Shown in pieces: positions 44,204-54,215 of a stretch of 63,895 nt of DNA (position 1 is the stretch's first letter; the number at the start of each line of letters is the position of its first letter). The notes beneath the pieces are model-generated. The model was not told the DNA's origin. It ran no database searches and saw only the letters and a program-made list of their open reading frames with translations. A program made the position numbers and the translations under genes. The stretch is from a virus. The stretch spans positions 1 through 63,895 of IMG/VR virus record IMGVR_UViG_3300021256_000015; one strand, 5' to 3'.

Positions 44204-44491
44204 ATGGCAAACTACATTCATGCTATCATACGAGGAAACAGCAACCTCGAAAAATACTGCATCAAGCGATTTGGTGAGTCCCCCCACTTCGTTGAGACCA
44301 TCGGCCGAGTCGGTAATGCGAAAGTATATCTGCGCTACTGGCACAGTCCGACCGACGACGGCTACTATGACTATTATGTTCTAATCATGGAACATGAAAA
44401 TGGAAAATACTATTCGCAACCTCAACAACAAATAATACAAGAGTGCCGTGAAGCTGTTGAAACTGGAAAAGCTCGTTTGCTCACTCCGTGA
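44204..44491 (+). CDS. Hypothetical protein (95 aa)
   Basis: ATG 2 nt after the upstream stop. Confidence 0.5.
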   Translation: MANYIHAIIRGNSNLEKYCIKRFGESPHFVETIGRVGNAKVYLRYWHSPTDDGYYDYYVLIMEHENGKYYSQPQQQIIQECREAVETGKARLLTP

Positions 44492-44648
44492 GGAATACGA
44501 ACTTGGCGACGATGCCGAAATATTAGTAGCTGACGATGCCGGTTGGCTGCATGAGTTTAAACTTGAGTACTTCCCTGAGGTGTTTGACGGTTTCGACACC
44601 GCCTACCCAGCGGGATTGAAGATAGTAACAACAAAAGACGAAGAATAA
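44448..44648 (+). CDS. Hypothetical acidic protein (66 aa; non-ATG start, uncertain)
   Basis: No in-frame ATG; GTG/TTG starts only. Ends in TAATG with the next gene. Confidence 0.35.
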   Translation: MKLLKLEKLVCSLREEYELGDDAEILVADDAGWLHEFKLEYFPEVFDGFDTAYPAGLKIVTTKDEE

Positions 44649-45220
44649 TGAAAGATAAAGACTTAGCGATGTATCTAAACGAACTGCGTAAAGAGGCTTT
44701 AGCTCATGCGATTGCCGCTGGTTTTCATGATACATACCACTCCATCGAGCACTACCTCTGCCTCGTTGTCAGCGAACTAATGGAAGCTGTTGAGGCAGAC
44801 CGTAAAGACAGACATTGCACGCTTGACTTCGACATCGACATTCTTTTTGACATTGAGAATAAAGTAGCATTTCAAATTACTTTCGAAGATAAAGTAAAAG
44901 ACACCGTAGAGGATGAACTTGCCGACACAGTAATCAGGCTGCTTGACTTCGCGGGGCTTACAGGGCTATCAATAATTCGACTCGTACCAATAGATATTCA
45001 AAAACAAGAATTTACAGATTGGGCATTTATCGCAGTAAGAGCCGTACAGAGAATAGCTGATACAAAATCGACGATTATTAGAAAAGAGTTTGCATTGAGT
45101 GAGGCAATTGCATGGATTTTCAGTGCCGCAAAGTGGCTCAAATTCGACCTCATTAAGCACATTGAGCTAAAAATGATATACAACAGCATGAGACCTCACA
45201 TGCACGGAAAGAGATATTAA
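44648..45220 (+). CDS. MazG-like nucleotide pyrophosphohydrolase, putative
   Basis: LVVSELMEAVEA and VEDELADTVIRLLDFAG resemble the ExxE...ExxD all-alpha NTP-PPase motifs. Confidence 0.55.
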   Translation: MKDKDLAMYLNELRKEALAHAIAAGFHDTYHSIEHYLCLVVSELMEAVEADRKDRHCTLDFDIDILFDIENKVAFQITFEDKVKDTVEDELADTVIRLLDFAGLTGLSIIRLVPIDIQKQEFTDWAFIAVRAVQRIADTKSTIIRKEFALSEAIAWIFSAAKWLKFDLIKHIELKMIYNSMRPHMHGKRY

Positions 45221-45244
45221 CTAACAATAAAAAACAAAAACGAC

Positions 45245-45448
45245 ATGAGAGTAATGGCTATTATCGCGTCGGTGATATTGATAATATTCCCGACGGCAAG
45301 CTTTATCCTCGGACTGGTAGCAGGTAAGAGGAAAGCTCACACAAAGAGAGAGTTTGTAATCGCCGAGTTGATACCCGGCATAGTGATGTACATCGGCACG
45401 CTTGTAATCTACTGGTTTGCGGGCGTGTTTAAAAACTTCGGACTATGA
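45245..45448 (+). CDS. Small two-TM membrane protein (67 aa)
   Basis: MAIIASVILIIFPTASFILGLVAG and IPGIVMYIGTLVIYWFAGV; ATGA overlap. Confidence 0.55.
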   Translation: MRVMAIIASVILIIFPTASFILGLVAGKRKAHTKREFVIAELIPGIVMYIGTLVIYWFAGVFKNFGL

Positions 45449-46239
45449 ATATCAAAGGAAAGAAATTCATTGTAACTGGCAGCGAAGGTTTTATTGGTAA
45501 GGCCCTCGTAGCTTTTTTGAAGAGCAAGGGAGCGCATGTAATCGGCATTGACAGAAAGACTGACACAGAGTGTAGCGCATTGCCTGACATCCTGAAAAAA
45601 GAAAGCGACATCGAGTGTGTGTTCCACCTGGCAGCTCAAACATCGGTGTTCAATAGCAACATCGAGCAGATCCGCAAAGACAATATTGACACTTTCATTT
45701 TGGTGTGTGATGCCTGCCGTGAGCACAACGTCAGGCTGGTATATGCCTCATCGTCCACAGCGGCCGACGGCAACACTACTTCAATGTATGGCATCTCCAA
45801 GCAGTTCAACGAGGCGTATGCCAAACTATACAACCCCAACGCAATCGGTGTGAGGCTTCACAATGTCTATGGCCCAGAGCCGCGCAAAGGAACTCTACTT
45901 TGGTACCTGATTAATCATCCCATCGTGCAGCTCTACAACATGGGCTTGAACGAGCGACACTTCACCTACATTGACGATGCAGTCCAAGGATTGATGTTTG
46001 CTTACTCGTTAGACTCCAGCGGACTGACATACAAAGTAATCAATGTGGCAAATCCTGAAAGAATGATTACTACTGAATTTGCAGCCAAAGTAAGTCAGCG
46101 AAACGGCGTGGCAGTGCGTTTTGAGAAGTCAAAGCGAGACCATGACAATTCAACACAAGCATTGCAGAAAGACATTTATTATGTATCTTTGCCGTACAAA
46201 ACCGTGGAGGAAGGATTGGACTTGATTTTTGGAGAGTGA
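45445..46239 (+). CDS. NAD-dependent epimerase/dehydratase (extended SDR)
   Basis: TGSEGFIGKALV Rossmann motif, YGISK catalytic YxxxK, RLHNVYGP. Confidence 0.85.
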   Translation: MNIKGKKFIVTGSEGFIGKALVAFLKSKGAHVIGIDRKTDTECSALPDILKKESDIECVFHLAAQTSVFNSNIEQIRKDNIDTFILVCDACREHNVRLVYASSSTAADGNTTSMYGISKQFNEAYAKLYNPNAIGVRLHNVYGPEPRKGTLLWYLINHPIVQLYNMGLNERHFTYIDDAVQGLMFAYSLDSSGLTYKVINVANPERMITTEFAAKVSQRNGVAVRFEKSKRDHDNSTQALQKDIYYVSLPYKTVEEGLDLIFGE

Positions 46240-46249
46240 TACTATTTCA

Positions 46250-46396
46250 GTCGTGGGCGGTTGTGATGACTGCCCACGACATTCTAAAATCGGGAGTAGG
46301 AACGGGAAACGCATAAAAAATAATGTAAAAATCGGGTGAAAGCACAAAAAACAAGCACAATGGAACGTTTTGACGCTGTTTTGACACGTTTTTTGT
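46250..46396. promoter_or_regulatory. Repeat-rich non-coding region upstream of terminase (pac/promoter candidate)
   Basis: 9-bp hairpin gtcgtgggc/gcccacgac (loop contains ttgtgatgac); AAAATCGGG x2 (46286, 46328); GTTTTGAC x2 (46367, 46378). Confidence 0.4.
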
Positions 46397-46460
46397 TAAT
46401 TTCAGCACATAAATAACGCTTTTTTATGCACACAATACCCCCTAAACTATACGCACAACT

Positions 46461-47015
46461 ATGAACAAGAAAGACAAACAACCTAAGCCTAAAGAACAAC
46501 GCCTGACACCAAAGCAGGAATTGTTCTGTCAGCACTATGTCGATATCGGAATAGCAAGTGAGGCTTACCGACTCGCATACGACTGCACAAACATGAAACA
46601 AGCGACTGTTTGGCGCAACGCAAGTGCAATGCTTAGTAACAACAAGGTTTCAACAAGGATAAAAGAGATAGAGGCACAGCGAGCCGAAGAGTCAAAAGTT
46701 GAACGTAAAATAGTCGAGAAAGTACTAATGGACATCATTCAAGTAGATCCAGCCGAATTGTATATTATCGATGAGGCGACTGGCAAAGTCAGGACAAAGA
46801 ACCCTACTCAGATGCCCAAGAGGATTAGGAACGCCCTGAAGAAGATAAAGAACAAGCGTGGCGAGGTGACTTACGAGTTCAACGGGAAAGTGGATGCAGC
46901 GCGTTTGCTTGCATCTATGAACTCATGGGAGGCCCCCAAAGAGGTTAATATGAATGTCAACGACCCAACTAAAAAAGTAATGAATTTCGGATTTGAGCAA
47001 GATAATGAAAAGTGA
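46461..47015 (+). CDS. terS: Terminase small subunit
   Basis: LTPKQELFCQHYVDIG...AYRLAY...NASAMLSNNKV is the Terminase_2 signature. Confidence 0.85.
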   Translation: MNKKDKQPKPKEQRLTPKQELFCQHYVDIGIASEAYRLAYDCTNMKQATVWRNASAMLSNNKVSTRIKEIEAQRAEESKVERKIVEKVLMDIIQVDPAELYIIDEATGKVRTKNPTQMPKRIRNALKKIKNKRGEVTYEFNGKVDAARLLASMNSWEAPKEVNMNVNDPTKKVMNFGFEQDNEK

Positions 47016-47076
47016 CGAATAGAAACTTTTACCACCTCTTTTGCTTATAATCCGTGAAATTAGGAGTACTTACAAA

Positions 47077-49098
47077 ATGTTAGAAGAAGTCCACAATTAC
47101 AACTACAAGCAATTCAACCCTAATGCCTGGCAGTTACTCAAGTTCCTGCGGGATGTTACCGTGCGTTTCATTGTGTTGTATGGTGGCAGTTCCAGCGCAA
47201 AGTCCTACTCGACTGCTCAGGTCATGTTGATGATGGCACTGTATGACGGCGAGAACACTCTAATCTTCCGTAAGTATGGCAGCACGATTGAGAAGTCCAT
47301 CTATGAGGATTACCGTGTAGCGTGTCGCCAGCTTGGAATGATGGAGTACTTCAAATTCAACCGCAACTCAATCCGGTGCGTCAACGGAGCGAGGATTGAC
47401 TTCACCGGACTTGACGATGAGGAAAAGATTAAGGGAATATCGAATTACAAGCGAGTGCAGCTTGAAGAGTTGAGCGAGTTCGAAGAGGTTGACTTCAAGC
47501 AAATCCGCAAGCGTTTGAGAGGTAAAGAGGGCCAACAGATAGTAGCGACATTCAACCCAGTGAGAGAGACGCACTGGATAAAGCGTGACTGGTTTGATAG
47601 TGAGCAATGGCATGACGTTTCGATGGAAGTGACTCTCGACGGCAATAAGATACCATTGAAGTACACAACCATCAAGTCACTGCGGATGAACTCTGCAAAG
47701 ACATTCCTCGACCCTCGCACTGGAGATATGATAGACCACGCTCCAGATACTGTACTGATACAATCCACCTACCTCAATAACTTTTGGGTAGTCGGCAGTC
47801 CTGATGGTGATTTCGGTTACTTCGACCAACAGTGCATCGCTGACTATGAGAAAGACAGACTGAAAGACCCAATCTATTATCAGATATATGCGCTTGGTGA
47901 GTGGGGAGTAATCAGGACTGGCAGTGAGTTTTTCGGATCGTTCAACGTGGGCAAACACACGGCAGCTGTGCAATATGACTCTAATTACCCAATACATATC
48001 AGCGTCGATAACAACGTACTTCCATATATTTCCGTATCTATGTGGCAGTATGTAGGCACGGATGATTTACAGCAAGTTAAGCAGATTGGCGAGATATGCG
48101 CCGACAGTCCTAACAACACCGTCAAGCGTTCGGCAAAGCTCGTTGCAAGCCGATTGAGGGATATGAAGTACTTTGACAAACTATATCTTCACGGTGACGC
48201 AAGTACCAGGGCGGCCAACACCATTGACGATGAGAAACGCTCGTGGCTTGACTTGTTCATCTACACTCTCGAGTGCGAGGGTATCGATGTAGTTGATTGC
48301 GTTGGTAATAAGAACCCAAACGTGGCGTTGACGGGTGAGTTCATCAACGCAATCTTTGACGGTGGTGTTGATGGATTGAGCATAACAATCGGCGATGAGT
48401 GCCGTAACTCCATTGATGACTATCTTAGCGTTCAGAAAGACGCTAACGGAGCCATCCTCAAAACCAAAGTAAAGAACAAAGTGACAAATCAGACTTACGA
48501 AGAGCATGGCCACCTTTCAGACACATTTCGTTATCTCATAGCTGATATTTGGAAAGAGCAATACACGATATTCAGCAACCGCCGTCGCCGTAACATCTAC
48601 GCCCGAGGCGGTGTCAACTTCTACAATCCCGATGGCAAGTTTGAGTACGCCAACAAAGTACTCTATCTATTGCCAAACTATAATGGCAGGGTGTGCCTCA
48701 TCGAAGGGTGCAAGGTTGGTGACAATTGGCATGTCATTGACGTGGTTTATCACATCAATGACTCCACCGACGAGATACTGAAGTGCGTCAAGAAAAGAAA
48801 GAGCGACATCTGCATTGTCGAGTGTGGCGAAGCTTATTACCAGTTCGTGCGTAAGTTGAGGGAGTCCGTAACCATGCCAGTGAGGGTGTGCGATGAAGAG
48901 CATGACCCAAAACGGCGTATAGCGGCAACAAGCGACTTTGTTAAGTCAAACGTGCAGTTCAATGAGAGTGCCACCGATGACAATGGCGACTACTCCAACT
49001 TCATAACTCATCTACTCGACTACAACACCGATAAGGATTACGACATTGAGGCAAGTGTAGCGTTGAGTGGCTTTGTTTCGTATGTGGTGAAAATTTAA
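47077..49098 (+). CDS. terL: Terminase large subunit
   Basis: VLYGGSSSAKSYS Walker A-like motif; size and position fit the PBSX/Terminase_3-like class. Start set at the first ATG. Confidence 0.9.
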   Translation: MLEEVHNYNYKQFNPNAWQLLKFLRDVTVRFIVLYGGSSSAKSYSTAQVMLMMALYDGENTLIFRKYGSTIEKSIYEDYRVACRQLGMMEYFKFNRNSIRCVNGARIDFTGLDDEEKIKGISNYKRVQLEELSEFEEVDFKQIRKRLRGKEGQQIVATFNPVRETHWIKRDWFDSEQWHDVSMEVTLDGNKIPLKYTTIKSLRMNSAKTFLDPRTGDMIDHAPDTVLIQSTYLNNFWVVGSPDGDFGYFDQQCIADYEKDRLKDPIYYQIYALGEWGVIRTGSEFFGSFNVGKHTAAVQYDSNYPIHISVDNNVLPYISVSMWQYVGTDDLQQVKQIGEICADSPNNTVKRSAKLVASRLRDMKYFDKLYLHGDASTRAANTIDDEKRSWLDLFIYTLECEGIDVVDCVGNKNPNVALTGEFINAIFDGGVDGLSITIGDECRNSIDDYLSVQKDANGAILKTKVKNKVTNQTYEEHGHLSDTFRYLIADIWKEQYTIFSNRRRRNIYARGGVNFYNPDGKFEYANKVLYLLPNYNGRVCLIEGCKVGDNWHVIDVVYHINDSTDEILKCVKKRKSDICIVECGEAYYQFVRKLRESVTMPVRVCDEEHDPKRRIAATSDFVKSNVQFNESATDDNGDYSNFITHLLDYNTDKDYDIEASVALSGFVSYVVKI

Positions 49099-49142
49099 TG
49101 AATTGTTGAAAATCTAATCAAAGCAAACAATATCAAGAAGTT

Positions 49143-49170
49143 AAGGGGCATTTTCGCCCCTTTGTCATTT
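49143..49170 (+). terminator. Hairpin aaggggc-N6-gcccctt plus T-rich tail
   Basis: Follows terL and immediately precedes late box 3. Confidence 0.6.
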
Positions 49171-49220
49171 TTGAGATTTCAAAAAAAAGCAACAACCGAG
49201 AAACCATATTTTTAAATTTG
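49170..49220 (+). promoter_or_regulatory. Late-class promoter 3: TTTGAGATTTCA (49170-81), 31 nt, then TAAATTTG (49213-20)
   Basis: Sits 17 nt upstream of the portal ATG. Confidence 0.6.
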
Positions 49221-49237
49221 CGCAAAAGAGCAGCGCA

Positions 49238-50734
49238 ATGGATCTTATTCAAAAAATATTCGGTGTTTCGATGAGACGCAAGGACGATGAGGCGAAAGTC
49301 ACAGTGCCCAAGCCTGTCACTAATGCGCCTGAGCAATCACCAAAATACCAGATTACGGACGAGCAGCTTGACGGCATACTGCATCCGAAATATGCAAGTG
49401 CCAATTTCCTCGAATTATTCAGGACTGTGCCCGAGGTATATTGGCCTATTGACTTTCTTGCAAGTCGCATAGCAGGTGCAAACTACGTCGTTAAACGTTC
49501 ATCTGACGATAGTATTGTGTGGCGTTTCAGTCATCCAGTCAACGGTATCTTGAACAATCCAAACTGCCTCATGGGGTGGTATGAGTTCATATACAACCAT
49601 TTCGTTTACAAGCTCGCCACTGGCAATGCCTTTGTGCGTGCGGCGATGGGTGACCACCTAACTCCCGATGCGCTCAAATGGAAGTATTGCGATACTTATT
49701 GGAACCTCCCCAGCGACAAAGTGACAATAGAGAAGGCAAAAGGCAGGACAATTCCTTTGTTCGGTTTCACTACCGCCGGGATAGATGATATTATTGACTG
49801 CTATAAGCTCTCTTTCACTGGCATAAATGAAATGATACCGTCGTGGCAGGTATGGCATGACCGCGACGGCCTGCCAAGCTATACTGGCGTTAACGGTTTC
49901 TTGAAAGCGGTAAGCAGATTAGCCCCATTGCGCAAGCCCATAGGCAACCTCATTGCGGTTTATGAGGCGCGTAATGTCATATACCTAAAGCGTGGCGCAT
50001 TGGGTTTCATTGTCTCGCAAATGAGTGATAAGACCGGCGCGATAGCTTTGACACCTCAAGAGCGTAAAAAAATGTTGAAGGAGATGACAGAGACCTATGG
50101 CGTAGGCGATGACCAATTCCCATTCGGCGTTTCATCATTCCCCTTGGGATTTGTGAGGACAAACCTCTCAATAACTGAGTTACAGCCATTCGATGAGACC
50201 CTTGCAGACGCAATCGCCATAGCAGGCGCATACGGCATCCCCAGCGTGCTTGTACCTCGCAAAGACCAGTCCACATTCAGCAATCAGGCCACAGCGGAAA
50301 AGGCTGTATATTCATCGGTAGTTATTCCGCTTGCAAAGCGTTTCTGCAAAGACTTCACTGTATTCCTGAAGATGGAAGATGGTGGCACCAAGTACTATCT
50401 TGACTGCGAGTTTAACGATGTCGATTGCCTGCAGGTAGGACTGAAAGAGGCAGAAGAAGTGAAGAAGTTAGTCAACAGCCGCTGCAGTGAGCAATTCAAC
50501 AAAGGCCTAATCACCCTCAATGACTGGCGTGCCCAGATTGGCGAGGCTATGATTGATGAGGCTGAATTGCCGCTTGCGAGCAAACTCAAATGGCAGATGA
50601 CCGACGATGAGCTTGCACAGATTAATCGAGTATTCAACTCAATGATATTAAGTAACAACAATAGTAATAACCAACAACAACAGGAAGATGGGAAAGACCA
50701 ACAACCAAGAAAAGACGATGACGTACAAGAGTAA
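49238..50734 (+). CDS. Portal protein
   Basis: 498 aa directly after the terminase; YKLATGNAFV-type portal motif. Confidence 0.75.
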   Translation: MDLIQKIFGVSMRRKDDEAKVTVPKPVTNAPEQSPKYQITDEQLDGILHPKYASANFLELFRTVPEVYWPIDFLASRIAGANYVVKRSSDDSIVWRFSHPVNGILNNPNCLMGWYEFIYNHFVYKLATGNAFVRAAMGDHLTPDALKWKYCDTYWNLPSDKVTIEKAKGRTIPLFGFTTAGIDDIIDCYKLSFTGINEMIPSWQVWHDRDGLPSYTGVNGFLKAVSRLAPLRKPIGNLIAVYEARNVIYLKRGALGFIVSQMSDKTGAIALTPQERKKMLKEMTETYGVGDDQFPFGVSSFPLGFVRTNLSITELQPFDETLADAIAIAGAYGIPSVLVPRKDQSTFSNQATAEKAVYSSVVIPLAKRFCKDFTVFLKMEDGGTKYYLDCEFNDVDCLQVGLKEAEEVKKLVNSRCSEQFNKGLITLNDWRAQIGEAMIDEAELPLASKLKWQMTDDELAQINRVFNSMILSNNNSNNQQQQEDGKDQQPRKDDDVQE

Positions 50735-51764
50735 GTGGTACGACATCAAGGCGAAGGATGTTGACGAGCAGGAGGGAATTGTCACTGTTGCAGTCAACGG
50801 ATTAGGCATCAAGGACGCTCAAGGCGATATCTCCATGCCTGGCAGTTTCACGAAGACATTAAAAGAGGGTTTGAAACGCATGAAGTGGTTTTTAGATCAC
50901 GACGTGCACAAGCAGATAGGCGTGCCTATCAGTGGGCAGGAGATAGACAATCACCTCGTCATGACCGGCAAGATAGCTAAGAATACTGCACTCGGTCACG
51001 ATGTTTTGGAGCTGTACAAGCTGAATGCCGAATGCGGCCACACGATGGAACACTCTATCGGTGTGACTGCCATCAAGCGTGACGAGGAAGACCCTGCAAA
51101 GGTGTTAGAGTGGCGCATGTACGAGTATTCGACACTCATGGGATGGGGCGCAAATCCATCTACATTCCTCGTTGACATCAAGAGCGCAAGCGATGAGCAA
51201 GTGCGCCATTCCGTGGAATACTTGCGGCAGGCATTGACCAAGTGCAACCTATCAGACCAGTTAAACAAGCAATTCGACATGGATTTAACTCTATTGCTCA
51301 AAGCCCTCAATGGCGGCAATATCGTTACTTGCCCCCATTGCGGCCATCAATTCGACTTTGATGCAGAAGAATTGCACTCCTTGCAGCAGCAAGTCCTCGA
51401 CTCGGTCAACTATTACATAGGATGGCTTGTTGACGATGTAGCCTATGAGAGAGTGCAGGAACTTGCCCCTGAAATCCGCGCCGAGGTGATTGCCTTGATT
51501 GATGCAGTTGCGTCGAAAGAGGGAAGTCTGAAAAACATCACCACTAAGAGCTTTGAGGATTTCATGAACTATGTGCGTTGCCCTCATTGCTGGGGCAAGG
51601 TGTATCAAGCTAACAAGATTATTCAGGACACCCCCGATGAGGGAGGCAGTGACGAGGAGCCGTCAAGCGACACTCCTAAAAGCGAGCATCCCGAAGTTGA
51701 AAACAAAGGAGCCGCCGACAAAGGCACTCAGTCGTTTTGGGAGAGCCTTAATAGCACGATTTAA
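50718..51764 (+). CDS. HK97-type prohead protease with a C-terminal double-CxxC extension
   Basis: GIKDAQGDISMPGSFTKTL (S78/U35-like), then CPHCGHQ...CPHCWGK and an acidic tail. An alternative start exists at 50688. Confidence 0.7.
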   Translation: MTYKSKWYDIKAKDVDEQEGIVTVAVNGLGIKDAQGDISMPGSFTKTLKEGLKRMKWFLDHDVHKQIGVPISGQEIDNHLVMTGKIAKNTALGHDVLELYKLNAECGHTMEHSIGVTAIKRDEEDPAKVLEWRMYEYSTLMGWGANPSTFLVDIKSASDEQVRHSVEYLRQALTKCNLSDQLNKQFDMDLTLLLKALNGGNIVTCPHCGHQFDFDAEELHSLQQQVLDSVNYYIGWLVDDVAYERVQELAPEIRAEVIALIDAVASKEGSLKNITTKSFEDFMNYVRCPHCWGKVYQANKIIQDTPDEGGSDEEPSSDTPKSEHPEVENKGAADKGTQSFWESLNSTI

Positions 51765-51787
51765 TAACCACTTAAATTTGTATTTAC

Positions 51788-53329
51788 ATGAACGAAGAAT
51801 TAAAGAAACAGCAAGAGGAGTTCCTCGTCAAGATGGAAGCCAAGATGCAGTCCATTGTTGACAATGCCATTAAGGGTGTCATCACAAAAGAAGACGTGAG
51901 TGCCCAGGTCAACGAGGCAATTAAAGCCTTTGAGGGCAAGTTCAAAGTAAAAGCCTCGGAGGAGGTCAATGAGCTTGCCAAGCAGGTGAAGACTCTCGGA
52001 GAGAACATCGCAAAGATGAAATCTAATGGTTTCACCAACGAGAACATCAGTCAGTTTGCCGCTAAGGTTGACGAGATGATGGAGAGTGAGCAGTACAAGA
52101 ACTTCGTGGCAAACCGCTGCAAGTCCACTGGACGTTTCGACAACCTCACCATGAAGGACGTTAGCATGACTAACGACTATCAGGGCAATGTCCTTATCGC
52201 TCAACAGAGTGACCGCATCGTGTCGCAGGTTGGCCACAACAAGCAGCACATGAAAGATGTGATTACCACACTTGACATTGAGCCTGAGCACACCAGCATT
52301 GCCTACACACAAATCTATCACGTTGACCGCAATGCCCGCTATGCCGCAGAGAACGGCACTCTGCCCGAAAGCTCATTCAAGACTAAGGAGATGACTGCTG
52401 GTCTTAACCGTGTAGGACATCACATCCGCATCTCTAAGCGAATGTTGAAGAGCCGTGCATATGTGCGCTCATTCATCCTCAATCTCATGCCCGAGGCTGT
52501 GTTCAACGCTATGGACGCACAAATCCTCTTTGGTGACGGCAGCGGTGACAACCCACTCGGCATCACCCGATATGAGGGTGTGCTGCCTGTCGAGAACATC
52601 ATCAGCCAGGCAATCTATACTGGTGCAGCTGGTAGTGTTGACTCCATTGAGACACGCGCCAACAACACCGGCATTGTTGTAGTGCTCAAAGACCCGATTG
52701 ACATCATGCGTGACGGCATGCAGATTACGTTTGGTGCAAGTGACGACACCATTACCTACAAGAGTGCACTTAACGGCAAGACATTCGAGGTGATTAAGGA
52801 GACTGACACACGACTCATCATTGACGGTGTAGCCTTTAGTGGTGCAGAGGCTCATCCCGAGCTCATTACATTCACCATCAATCACGGAGCGTTCAAGAGC
52901 GTTGAGACCCCCAACAGTCAGGACGCACTTGAGGCTGCTGTGGCAGTTATGACCTATGGCGAGTTTGTGCCATCGGCAATCGTGATGAACCCCATCACTC
53001 TCTTCCAGATGCAGACCGAGAAAGACACCACTGGCCGTCGTCTCGAATTTGTGAAGGACGCTTTTGGCAACCTGGTTGCAGGAGGTGTGCCAGTAATCAG
53101 CACTAACGCAGTGCCTACTGGCAAGTATTTCATCGGTGACTTCCGTAACGGTGTGAACCTCGTCACCTACACACAGCTCAATATCGAGTTCGCTGAAGGT
53201 GTTAATGAGAAGCTGAGAAATCAGACCGTTTGCATCGCTCAAATGGAGCTGATGATGCCAGTTTACTGCCCCTGGGCGTTCGCCTACGGCAGTGTAAGCG
53301 CACTGAAAACCGCTCTAACAAAAGCCTAA
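51788..53329 (+). CDS. Major capsid protein (HK97 fold) with an N-terminal coiled-coil delta domain
   Basis: 513 aa after the protease; K/E-rich N-terminus of about 100 aa. Confidence 0.8.
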   Translation: MNEELKKQQEEFLVKMEAKMQSIVDNAIKGVITKEDVSAQVNEAIKAFEGKFKVKASEEVNELAKQVKTLGENIAKMKSNGFTNENISQFAAKVDEMMESEQYKNFVANRCKSTGRFDNLTMKDVSMTNDYQGNVLIAQQSDRIVSQVGHNKQHMKDVITTLDIEPEHTSIAYTQIYHVDRNARYAAENGTLPESSFKTKEMTAGLNRVGHHIRISKRMLKSRAYVRSFILNLMPEAVFNAMDAQILFGDGSGDNPLGITRYEGVLPVENIISQAIYTGAAGSVDSIETRANNTGIVVVLKDPIDIMRDGMQITFGASDDTITYKSALNGKTFEVIKETDTRLIIDGVAFSGAEAHPELITFTINHGAFKSVETPNSQDALEAAVAVMTYGEFVPSAIVMNPITLFQMQTEKDTTGRRLEFVKDAFGNLVAGGVPVISTNAVPTGKYFIGDFRNGVNLVTYTQLNIEFAEGVNEKLRNQTVCIAQMELMMPVYCPWAFAYGSVSALKTALTKA

Positions 53330-53331
53330 CT

Positions 53332-53694
53332 ATGGTTTATATACTAAGCGGAAATCCCGTAGAGGTAGAAAGAGTATTACGTGAGCAACGCGTGCGTGTC
53401 GCAAGAGGGGTCATTAAGTTGACCCCCATCGACACCACTCTTTCAAGCCTCAAGGCGGCAGTGAATGATTTGGAGAAGGCAAAAAACACAGAGCCAGCTC
53501 CAGTCGATGACGACAAAGTAGTGCCACCTGTTGACGACAAAGAAAAGACTCCAGAAGTGGACGATAAAACCGTTGAAGTCGATGGTGACAGCAAAGAAGT
53601 GAAAGCCGATGACAGCAAAGAAGTTCAAGCAGTGGACGATAAGAAGACTGCAAAGACTGAGAGTACTAAGTCAAAGGCAAATACTAAAAAGTAA
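53332..53694 (+). CDS. Head-associated protein with a VDDK-repeat acidic tail (120 aa)
   Basis: ATG 3 nt after the capsid stop; PVDDDKVVPPVDDKEKTPEVDDKTVEVDGD. Confidence 0.55.
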   Translation: MVYILSGNPVEVERVLREQRVRVARGVIKLTPIDTTLSSLKAAVNDLEKAKNTEPAPVDDDKVVPPVDDKEKTPEVDDKTVEVDGDSKEVKADDSKEVQAVDDKKTAKTESTKSKANTKK

Positions 53695-53702
53695 GAGTAA
53701 CC

Positions 53703-54215
53703 ATGCTTATAGATGTTTCATATTTCATACTCGGGCCGAGGCATATTCAAAACGCTACAATTAGTGCTACCCAATCGCAGAACTCGTTGAGCGTTAACGC
53801 AGCCATCTTAGGTTACGTCAGGCACTACCAGCTCGCGTTCCTTTGCGAGATGTTAGGCGATGAACTTGCAGTGTCGGTGGATGACTACCTCAACGAAAAA
53901 GAGCAAGCGGAAAAGGAAAACACGAAGTTTGCAGTCAATGAGCAATACGAATTACTTTGCTCAAAGCTGCGTGAGTCCTTTGCCGATTATGTCTTTTTCC
54001 ACATCTTGCGAGACAGCAACACCGAGGCCACGACCACTGGACTTGTTGTCCTCAAAAGTGAAAATGAGAAAGTAGCCCCAATCCACCGTCAAGTGTCGAT
54101 ATGGAACGAGATGGTAATGCGAAACATCCGCTTTAAGTCGTGGGCGGCTGGCAACATGCCGTCCGTGTCGGTATCTTCCAACATGACCCATAATATTAAC
54201 CAGTTCAATTTATGA
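53703..54215 (+). CDS. Head-tail connector/adaptor, putative
   Basis: Assigned from position and size only. Confidence 0.45.
   Translation: MLIDVSYFILGPRHIQNATISATQSQNSLSVNAAILGYVRHYQLAFLCEMLGDELAVSVDDYLNEKEQAEKENTKFAVNEQYELLCSKLRESFADYVFFHILRDSNTEATTTGLVVLKSENEKVAPIHRQVSIWNEMVMRNIRFKSWAAGNMPSVSVSSNMTHNINQFNL

Noticed and set aside
46360-46392. GGAAC...CGTT as an ECF-sigma promoter upstream of terS
   Set aside because: The spacer is about 20 nt rather than the usual 16-17, and only one copy exists. It is kept only as a remark inside the pac/promoter finding.
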